Shown one piece after another: positions 10,694 to 20,360 of a stretch of 21,310 bases of DNA. Position 1 is the stretch's first letter. Each line of letters opens with the position of its first letter. Origin of the DNA: Folioceros fuciformis (Eukaryota); NCBI GenBank assembly GCA_049999805.1, contig JBNGIO010006224.1:296361-317670 (forward strand), written 5' to 3'. The notes below the pieces were generated by a model that saw only the letters and a list, made by a program, of their open reading frames with translations, was not told the DNA's origin and ran no database searches. Both the position numbers and the translations under genes were made by a program.

Positions 10694-13600
10694 TCACTGT
10701 GGGCCAGCAGCCAGGATCTCCTCTGTCAGCTTGCTGTCCCCACCCACTTGGTAATCGGCAAACTTCTCAAAGTTTTTCTGAAATAATCTGGCCAGTTTGG
10801 TGACGGTTTCGGTGTAGGCCGCTTTGTCAGCCCACTGCACATGTAAGCACGAGGGAAAGGATGACTTGATTAGAGTGCGTCAGCTGGAAACCCAAAAGCC
10901 TCGGTCAAGGAAGCGGGTTGTGTGAAACTTACCATGGCCTCGGGATGGAGTAGCTCTGAAGGCACTCCCTCCACAGCGTCAGGGATCTGAAGACCGAACA
11001 CAGGTGTTGCAGAGTAGGTGGCTTTAAGGAGAGCCCCGTTGTGGATGGCGTCGATGATCTTGCGAGTGTATGCCAGCTTAATACGCTGACCCACCCCGTA
11101 GCTTTAATTCAACATGATACATAAGACGGTGTGAGCTTGTGTGCGAATCAGTAGTGATGGCATCAGGATTATAAGCCCACAACAATACTGCATACCTGCC
11201 GCCTGTCCATCCTGTGTTCACGAGCCACGCTGTGGCACCGTGAGTCTGCATCTTCTCTGCCAACATGGCTGCGTATTTCGTTGGGTGCAGCATGATGAAC
11301 GCAGCTCCGAAGCAGGCAGAAAACGTGGCCGTTGGCTCTTTAATGCCATCTTCAGTGCCAGCCACCTAGAATGCGAACGACAGACTCTGGTGTCAGGGTA
11401 GCGAGAGCCCCACATACACCAAGGTGTTAAGGATGTTGTGACATACCAGAGCAGTGTATCCACTGATGAAATGGTACATAGTCTGGGCCAGGCTGAGCTT
11501 GCTCACTGGTGGCAAGACACCGAATGCATCGCATGCCAGAAGAATGATATTCTTCGGATGGGGACCCACACACGGGATCTTTGCATTTGGCACAAACTCT
11601 ATGGGGTAAGCTGCCCTTGTATTTTCTGAGATACAAGACACACGCAACGTCAACAACCGATAGCCTGTACTAATGCACCAAAAATATATCACACATATTT
11701 TGTTTCCTGTACCTGTAACGGAGTTGTCTGTGAAGTCAACCTCCCGAAAATGCTCATCGAACACTACGTTCTCTAGAACTGAAATCCCAGCGACAAAAGT
11801 ATCAGAAGCAGAGTATCCGTCATGGAAGAACTGACGAAGCTGCACGGAGAGCAGTTATAGGGACCACAAACTGAGTGAGCATCAGGTACCAGTGCCAAAT
11901 TTGATAGCATTGAAGATGTCTGGCTCCTTCTCACGAGACAGGTCAATGCACTTGGCATAACATCCTCCTTCAATGTTGGAGACACCCTTGGAGCTCCAGC
12001 AATGCTCATCATCGCCAATAAGGTAACGGTTATGATCTGTTGACAAGGTGGTCTTTCCTGTGCCTGCAAACGAGCACATTAAAACAGTTTATGTGCTGTT
12101 TCAAACATGGAACTGCAAACAAAGAGCAAAGCAAGGACTCGTCCTCTTACCCGATAGGCCAAAGAACAATGCCACGTCTCCAGATTTGCCCATGTTACAA
12201 CCAGAGTGAAGTGATAAAATGCCCCTCTTGGGCATCAAGTAGTGCATAACACTGAAGAGTCCCTTCTTCATTTCACCAGCGTACAAGGTCCCCAGGATCA
12301 CCATCTCTCTTCTCCTCAAATTCAGATCAATGCTGGTAGAGGAGGTCATGTAGTGCGTGTATCGGTTGCAGGGAAACTGTCCAGCATTGTAGATGGTGAA
12401 GTCCGGGGTTCCAAAGTCCTCGAGTTCCTCAGCCGTTGGACGAATACACCTGCCAATCATACACTTGTAACAAAACCCTCACCAGAGACGAAATGTTATG
12501 TGAGGACTTGAACCCAGAGACTGGTGCACAAGTGAAATCGAGTGTGACATTACTCACATGTTGTGCATAAACAAGGAATGATAAGCCTTTGCGGACACTA
12601 TCCTGACTTTGATGCGGTTTTCAGGATCCCAATTGAGAAACTGGTCATTCACAAACACCTGCATGCAACACAGCAGGATGTCATCAACAGGGCAGGAGAT
12701 ATTTGCCATTGTTTGGGAAGAGTTCTACCCAGCCTGTAAGCAACCTTTTCAAGGGACGTGAGGTAGTCCACGGCCCGTTCCCTGTTGATTAAGAAGGTCT
12801 CCTCATCCATCTCAATGTTGGGAGACCCCCTGCAAAAGCACGAACGAGGCCGGCCAGCCAGAGTCAAAAATTGAAAGAGTGCGCGAGTGAGTAGGACGAG
12901 GCGCTGGGATTCACGATAAGGCCTCTTACTTTCCCCACCATAGGTCATTCTGGGAACTATCTTCAACCACAACTCGCTTATCTTTGGGCGAACGACCAGT
13001 CTTGGCTCCGGAGAGAGTGGCCAGAGCTCCAGTTGCAGTGATGTACGATCCCTTCTCAAACTTGATCGCCTGCTCGTAGAGCTCTGCGAAAAAGGAAAAT
13101 TGAGACGGAACGAGGTGGCACGGCATGCAGTGGTGGCCTCAGTGCGAGCTCACCTCCTGGAGACAGATTGTAGAGCACATGAGTGAACTTCAGCGAGCTA
13201 TCACTGATGACGGGCCTGGTCGGTATGAAGGACTCTCGATGTCTGGACTTTTCCGGATCCCCGGTCACAACTTGAGGCCCGATATCCCGAGTCAAGGACG
13301 CAAGAGATGCACTGCAACAAAGCACGCACGCACGCACGCACGGGGGTGAGGCACGAAATCCAGGTACCCGAACGTGCGGCACAGAAACAAGTCAAGCACT
13401 TGCCCCTGCAGGGTGGCCGGACGTACCTGATGGAGTACATCCGCTGGCGCTGCCTCTCCTCTTCCGAGATCCTGGAGGCGCTCCTGGGAGTGGAGGGAGC
13501 GGATTTCTTCTTCTGCATGGAATGCAAATGATCAAGCGAGCTGGCTCGCACGGTGGGAGTGCTGTCGTCCGTGCACACATCCAGGTCCCCATCCTCCGCG

Positions 13601-13725
13601 GTCCTACCGCGCAACGGGGTGGAGACATCGTCCGACGGCCCCTCCGACCTCCTCAGCGTCTCAATCTTTGGCAAGCCGTTGAGCCCGCTGGTGCCGTTGG
13701 ACTCGAAGATGGCGTCCTGGCCCAT
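10694..13725 (-). CDS. PCK1: Phosphoenolpyruvate carboxykinase (ATP), plant type, ~664 aa, 12 exons
   Basis: Exons (-): 13725-13427, 13311-13154, 13083-12930, 12829-12745, 12658-12558, 12449-12151, 12063-11890, 11778-11713, 11625-11447, 11365-11196, 11101-10933, 10834-10694 (1995 nt, all GT-AG, phases consistent). Motifs: [19 protein letters not shown]-loop [55 protein letters not shown]. The plant N-terminal extension contains KKKSAPSTP. Confidence 0.97.
13322..13342. repeat. (GCAC)5 microsatellite next to the intron-1 acceptor of PCK1
   Basis: gcacgcacgcacgcacgcacg. Confidence 0.85.
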
Positions 13726-14530
13726 GGCGCACACTCGCTCGCTCCCGCTCCCGCTCCGGGGCTCAGATAAAGCGCGACGCGGCAAGACAAATTAACAAAG
13801 CCGCGGCAATTGCGACAGCGAGCTGGCCGGGAGAGTCGATCGGGCCTGTCCGGAGGCTCAGGCCAGATCGAGCGCGGCTTGCTGCTGCAGCGGGTGCGGG
13901 AGCGGGTGCGGAGCATGAAAGTCGCTGGCGATGACAGCCCGAATCGATCTCCTTGTGCCAAGGGGGAAGGATGGAGCTCGTTGGGCGTTTTGCCTTTCGT
14001 GTAAGCTGGTCCAGGCACGGCTGCCAAATGGGGTTTCATGCACGAGTTGGGGTCCAATGTGAACACGTCATTATGGACGTTCCCGAGGACAAAGGGGTCG
14101 AATATAATCCCGTGGCCCCCTACTGTTTGTGTACTGGCTGCAGCGTCCTTCGGGCAGCCGGGCAGGTGACTTGGCGCGCTCCCGTTGCCGCATTGGCTCC
14201 TTTGCTGACGCGGCAGCGCATGGGGCTACCCTGTTATCCCCCTGCCCGCTGCCCGCGGCTTCTGCAACGAATACAACCTAAGGAATATCTCCCCTCTTCA
14301 CTAGAATAGTTAGATAGGTGGTAGACAAGTATCTCGTACTTATCCACACACCACGCAGGGAATAAATTTACTGTTTGCCTGCAACCTATTTTTAATTCAG
14401 GAAATGCTGTCAAGATATTTTTCACAGTAATAATTAATAAAATATTATTTTACATCTTACTCATTCCTAAACCTATTTTTAATCGTATTCAACGCTTTTT
14501 TTCTCCCCAAAGTTTTGGTTTTTCCTTCTT

Positions 14531-14564
14531 TAACCCTAAACCTTAGACCCTAAACCCTAAACCC
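14531..14564 (+). repeat. Short interstitial plant telomere-type repeat / telo-box cluster (AAACCCT)~4.5
   Basis: taaccctaaaccttagaccctaaaccctaaaccc. An inverted telo-like TAGGGGTTT lies at ~14608. Confidence 0.8.
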
Positions 14565-15051
14565 ATTCCTTCTTAATCCCAGAGATGTATTACTATCTTC
14601 CTACCTGTAGGGGTTTAAAACACCTTGTGATAGCCAAGAGTGTGATTGGAAGGACGACTACAATAGTGGAAATGAGTGCCCACCATTGCTAGAGTTGTGA
14701 AGTAGCAATTCGTACTTCCTAGGAGGCACTCAATGTAGAAACCAGCTAGATGACACACTCAATGTGTTGATTCAATCCACAAGTGTTTTGCATCTCCCAA
14801 TTTCGTAAATGTTTCACTCGCATACAATCTTTTGAATAGGGAAGTTAAGAAATTCCTCACTACACTATCCTACAGCCCTTAAACCTTTTGCTTGTGTGGC
14901 ATGCTTAGCCTTTTCCCCAGACAATGCATTATCCCAATCTGAAGATCATCTTCGTGCATCTAATACCACACTGTGTTCCATTGAATTGAAGAAACTTTTG
15001 GAGTGCCAACTACATGGCAATGTCCCACCTGGAAACTATGGTGATCCAAAT

Positions 15052-15214
15052 TGTTAAAGGGTAATTAACCTCAGCCTATATCTATGGTTAGTTCTGAATT
15101 AGGTTTAGTCAGTGAACCGTTGCTTACATTATGCATATACGACCTCTTTTGTTTTTATTCATTCATTCTTAGTATTCAATGTTCTGTTCTCTTTGTCTAC
15201 CACTCGTTTATTCA
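15052..15214 (+). repeat. Putative short 5' LTR (~163 bp)
   Basis: Ends in CA two bases before the PBS. The TGTTA start was chosen by LTR consensus only; there is no second LTR in the window to confirm it. Confidence 0.45.
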
Positions 15215-15216
15215 TA

Positions 15217-15228
15217 TGGTATTAGAGC
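15217..15228 (+). other. Primer-binding site, tRNA-iMet type
   Basis: TGGTATTAGAGC, one mismatch from the canonical TGGTATCAGAGC, directly after ..CA-TA. Confidence 0.85.
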
Positions 15229-16345
15229 ATGGTACGTATCTTGAGTACATATCTTAAAGATGCAAGATGCCAAGGCATGGTAGAAATCGTAGCTACTCAC
15301 TCTGAGGTGGGTCCTCTAGACACAATTGTCCAAAAGGATCTTCACCAAGGAATACAGCAACTATATATATCTAGATAAGGTGCTGGACCTCTACAAGCGA
15401 AAGTACTCTAACCTCTGGCTCCGGAAGTTTGCTGTCAAGCATTCTCCCAATACATCTACAAAAGGATGGATTCCGAATAGAAATCAAGAAGTTGACAAAT
15501 TATATCGAAAACGTTGCTACCGGCGTGGGCAAAACCCTGATTTGTACTACATAACTCGATCTTCAACATCAGCTTCATCGAATTTCCTGTCAAGACCTTT
15601 TGAGGAGGCCTTTCGACCTATTGCGAGAACCCAACCACCTGCAGCAACGCAACTCGAAATTTAACCCCTACACCAGCATAATGAGTGTCAAGGAAAAGAC
15701 ACGAGAAATTCTCACCCACGTGGAGAGGGTCGTATCTGTAGTGTCTGCAAATCATATTTGTCTCAAGAACAGAATCCGCTATCTAGACTTCCAAGCAGAG
15801 CGAGCAATTCTTGTCTGCACGGATCGACTCCAGCAAGACATTGGTAATTTTAATGTTCTCTTGCAACAGATGGGTTCGAAGCTGTAGAGTTTTGAACAGG
15901 ATTGCTCACCTATGGACTCCAGTGCTCATGTTTCTTAAAAAATTTCCGCTGCCCATGAGTGGGAACATTCGAGGCGTAGGAGAAGTTGTCACCCAGATCT
16001 GAAAAAGCGCTTTTCTATCCTACACCTCCTCGCAAATTTGCTGCACAGTAGAACATTGGTCAGTTAATGTCGTTTCCCAAGAATGGGACACGACAATTGT
16101 TTTTGACCTAATTGAAACGTCATAATGATAAGGCATTAATTTTTAAGGTTTTGTCAATAACGTTTCATGATAGCTCGAAAGGAAGGCTGAGGAGTTTAAC
16201 ATGAGCAGGGCATAGCCAACAGCTGCCAACACATGCAACATGCATGCATGCAAAAGTTCATTAACAACATGCATGCAAATCTTGGATATCGCATACCTAC
16301 TTGTACAGTAAGGGCCATAGCTTGTTACAGTCAAACCAGGTGTTC

Positions 16346-19300
16346 ATGTCCACTACATTCCTACAGGCACAGTTGAACACATTAACAACTAACTTTCAAC
16401 AGCTTAACCTTAACCAAGTTGTTCAAACAACTCAACCATCATCTATTCAAATGGCAGCAGCTGTAAGCACCCCATCCTTTACCTCAGACTTTAAAGGAAA
16501 GGATAGGTTTAAGGGACAAGGATACTTGATTTGGAGAGTTTGCATGAAAAGCATGTTGGTTGCACGTGGTGTCTAGCCTGTCGTGGAAGGCACCTCCAAG
16601 AGACAAGACTCCAATGCCACTCCAGCACCCTCGGTTGATGAGATTGCCAAATGGGACTTGCTTAACGACATTGCCATGGCCCTGCTCATCGGAGGACTGG
16701 ATGCAGATCTCGTTCCTGAAGTTGAGTTCTTCACAGCCATGGCTGAAATCTGGACACAACTTGAAAGGACATATCAAGTGCAAAATATGATGACCCTCTA
16801 CGCTGTAAGGCAGGAGTTCTATGCAGTTAAAATGAAGGAAGGCGACAAGGTGGCAACTCACACCAGTAGATTTTGACATCTACGGGCACAACTGACATCC
16901 TTGACCGGTAACAAGATGTTTGAATTGGGCGCTAAGTCAGGTCATCGTTTATGTACCTTCCACATGCTTGTAGACTTTAACACTTACTGTTTCTACAGAA
17001 AGCAATTCCCTAACAAATGCATCTTGAAAGGTATTTTGGAGAATGTTCTATACAAGTTAGACATCACCTGTTAGAAACAGTCCGTCAAACATGTTGCCCA
17101 TTCAGCAGAAGCTAAGTCACTTAGCTCTAGGCAGGAAGCTATTTTGTGGCATGCCTGATTAGGGCATATCAATCGTTCTAAGCTGATGGACATGTCTGTG
17201 ACAGAATGTCATCGTGAACCACTCCCAAAGTGTTTTAAGCATTTGCCTGTGCATGAGTCGTGCATTCTAGCGAAACAGAAAGAATCCCCGTTTCCTAATG
17301 CACCTACATACAGGGCGACACAAATGCTTGGTTTAGTACACGCTGACATATCAAGAAAAATCCAGGAACCCTCACTGGGAAGTTCTCAATACTTCTTTAC
17401 ACTGACAGATGGCTACAGTAGATATACTTGGACGTTCCCTATACAGCTGAAGAGCAACACTTTTTCCTGCTTCAAAGATTGGCTGACCTCTGTCCAGAGA
17501 CAGTATGGAATGCTGCTAAAAGTGCTCAAGACAGATAACGGGACAGAATTTGTGAACCAGCCTTTTGATGACCTACTGCGAGAGCATGGGATTCTTCGTC
17601 AGCGCACTGTTCCTTACACACCACAACAAAACGGCGTGTTAGAACGTAAGAATCAAAACTTTGCTGGTGATGACTCGAAGCATGTTCATTTGGGCTGGAT
17701 TACCTCAGGGTTACTGGGTAGAGGGTATTGTCCCCGCGACATACATCTTGAACAGGGTGTTCACTAGCTCTGTCCCACACAAGACTCCTCATGAGGTGTT
17801 ATGGTCCCGCAAGCCCAACTTACTCCATTTAAAGGTTTTTGGATCTCGAGCCTATGCATATATCCCACCTAATAAAAGGAAAAAGCTTATCCCCATTCAC
17901 AGGAGCTACTCTTCGTTGGGTACAGTGAAACTACAAAAGCATATAAGCTGGTTAACACAGAAACTGGATCTATGACACTTGCCAGAAGTATTAAGTTTAT
18001 TGAGCCAACAGTTCCATCTCTGGATGCTAATAATGAAGGCAACAACATCTTTCATCATACCTCTCCAAATGCTTATTCAACAGAACCAGATCTAGATATC
18101 AGTAATTATCCCTTGGATGGTATGGAACAAGTTGTCCCCTTGCCGACTATGAACCCATAGGCTCAGGCCCCACCTGTAGGCTCCGTTCCAGCACCGGTTA
18201 ATCCTGGTTCTCCCATTCCACCCTTACTAGATGGAGAGAGGGTACTTCCGGGTGACCCAGAGGCAAAGGGGGCCCTTGACATGGTTGCAGCTGCAGATGT
18301 TGCTGACCCTGATGATCAAGAGGAACCTGATATTGAAGATGATCCTGCTACCAACCCTGAACCTGAACCAGATCAGGGACTCAGGCGTTTAATACAACAT
18401 AGACCACCACCCTCAAAATGGAAGGAACCTCGTTATCAATCCATCAATTTTCGAACTCACCTTGTTCCCGGTCTTGTTGCTAGTACAATTCTACCGGATG
18501 AGCCCACCAGTTTGTCTCAAGCTTTCACTAGTCCTGAACATGTGCAATGGAAGGCCGCAATGGAGGATGAATACCAATCTCTTGTCAAGAACAAGCCCTG
18601 GGTGCTTGCGGATCTCCCACCATGATATAAGACCATATCCTGCAAATGGGTCTTTAAGTTAAAACTGAATGCTAAAGGAGAAGTGAGGGGGGTACCAGGA
18701 GGTCTATATATGCNNNNNNNNNNNNNNNNNNNNNNNNNNNNNNNNNNNNNNNNNNNNNNNNNNNNNNNNNNNNNNNNNNNNNNNNNNNNNNNNNNNNNNN
18801 NNNNNNNNNNNNNGAAACCATATTCTCAAAGCAAGACTTATGGCTAGAGGCTTCACTCAAGTTGAAGGGCTTGATTATCAGGAAACTTTCTCACCTGTTG
18901 TGCGTAACCAATCCATCAAACTCATTTTACCCTATGCCACAGAGTTCAACCTTGACCTCCAGCAGATGGATGTTTGCACGGCATTCTTGTATGGAGCACT
19001 CAATGAGGAGTTGTATATGCTCCAATCTGAGGCGTATGAGGACCCTGCACACCCAAACAAGGTATTAAAACTCCTGAAGTGTATATATGGTCTAAAACAG
19101 AGTGGAAGGGTGTGGTACATCACTATGCATTTGTATCTGCTCAACATCGACTTCGTTCAAAATACGGCTGACACAAATGTCTATAAGCTTACCCAAGGAT
19201 CCTCCATCATCCTCACCACCAATGACCAAGCACTGTTGTCAGTAGTTAAACAGAAGCTCCACAAAAGGTTCGACATGAAAGATATTGGGGAGCTAAAATT

Positions 19301-19677
19301 CTGTCTGGATATACAACTGTTACACGTTAGAGATGCAAGCCTTATGTATATACATCAGTATAAATACATAAACGAAATTCTCAAGAAATTCAACCTTGAT
19401 CAAGCCCCGCCAACAACCATCCCTTATGCAACAGGTACTAAGTTGACATGTTTACAGTATCCACAGACTACTGTAGATGAAATCAAAGACATGGCAGACA
19501 TACCTTCTAGGCATGTTGTTGGCAACCTTCTGTTCGTTGCAAATTGGACCAGGCTGGACATTCAGTATGCAGTCAACTCTGCCTCACAATTTCTTGAGAA
19601 CCCCCCGAGAGTACATTAGACAACTATTAAGAGGATTTTCCGTTACCTCAAAGGCACAAGCACATATGGCCTTATAA
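16346..19677 (+). pseudogene. Copia gag-pol pseudogene (gag N-terminus/UBN2, GAG-pre-integrase, rve integrase, RVT_2)
   Basis: gag: FKGQGYLIWRVCMKSML, EIWTQLERTY, RQEFYAVKMKEGD. Pre-integrase: LWHA*LGH. Integrase: LVHADI, DGYSRYTW, KTDNGTEF, PYTPQQNGVLERKN. RT: CKWVFKLK, KARLMARGF, DYQETFSPV, QMDVCTAFLYG, IYGLKQSGRVWY, FDMKDIGEL. In-frame stops at 16574, 16874, 17072, 17156 and 19617; frameshifts near 17660 and 17890. Confidence 0.92.
18714..18813. other. Assembly gap (100 N)
   Basis: Run of exactly 100 N. Confidence 1.
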
Positions 19678-20014
19678 CACAGTCTGCGCCTAACGGTCGT
19701 ATTCCGCCAAATCGGGCTTCGGGTCATTTTCGGCGTCATTTTCCGTGGCACATATCCATAAATCATGCTATTTGGTGTGGATTACCCCCAAATCTACAGA
19801 AAAACAGTCACGAAAAACTTTTTAATCGTCATGTTTACCCAGAAACTAGCCGAAATTATGGGTTACCAACAGTAAAACTTTTTGATCTTATCTAGTTCCA
19901 CGGTTGGTCTGACACTACCGCCTGCATGTAGACGGAATGATATTTTTTGAAATTGGAATTACTTGAAACTGTAAAATGTTAAAGCTTTTTCAATAACATT
20001 CATTTAACCCTGGA

Positions 20015-20118
20015 CGGTAGGAGTGCGCCGGTCTACCAGCGCGAAGACAGCAGGAGTGCATCGGTCTACTGACACACTGCTTGCTTAAGTGCGCCGGTAG
20101 ACCGGCGCACTCCTTCCG
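20015..20118. repeat. Inverted repeat built from three copies of a self-palindromic ~25-bp motif
   Basis: AGGAGTGCGCCGGTCTACC (20019-20037) is the exact reverse complement of 20096-20114. A degenerate copy lies at 20053-20078. AGTGCGCCGGT-AG-ACCGGCGCACT (20088-20111) is itself a palindrome. Confidence 0.9.
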
Positions 20119-20360
20119 GTGAAGCGATGAGTAGTAGGTGAACACCCAAATCGGGTTTGGGGAAAGTGCATCAGAACTATTCAAAACGAGTTAGGGTTAG
20201 GCCAGCGCACAATTAGGGCGAGGTAGCCTTTCTCTATGCGCACCCCCACAAGGGTGCTTATGAATAGCCAACCACAGCTCTTTGCCAACAGTGTTCATAT
20301 ATATAAAGTGTGGAATACATGAAAGTACTTAACCGGTATAGTCTACGTTTCATCAAGTAG

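Larger units (their letters stand above)
15052..19677 (+). mobile_element. Decayed Ty1/Copia LTR retrotransposon, truncated before RNase H and the 3' LTR
   Basis: Putative 5' LTR TGTTAAAG..TTCA (15052-15214) and PBS, then gag, GAG-pre-integrase, integrase and RT in Copia order (INT before RT). Multiple stops and frameshifts. Similarity ends after KRIFRYLKGT..YGL at ~19675. Confidence 0.9.

Noticed and set aside
6603-13725. CCB3-FAD5-PCK1 as a functional (carbon-concentrating or lipid) gene cluster
   Set aside because: These are unrelated housekeeping pathways; adjacency is expected in a compact genome.
7711-14309. Many 60-150 aa ORFs antisense to or overlapping FAD5 and PCK1
   Set aside because: Shadow ORFs of GC-rich exons, with no recognisable motifs.
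14531-14564. Telomerase RNA template
   Set aside because: Multiple degenerate repeats, and no recognisable USE+TATA Pol III promoter upstream.
20190-20218. TTAGGGTTAGG / TTAGGG telomere-like bits
   Set aside because: Too short to be significant.
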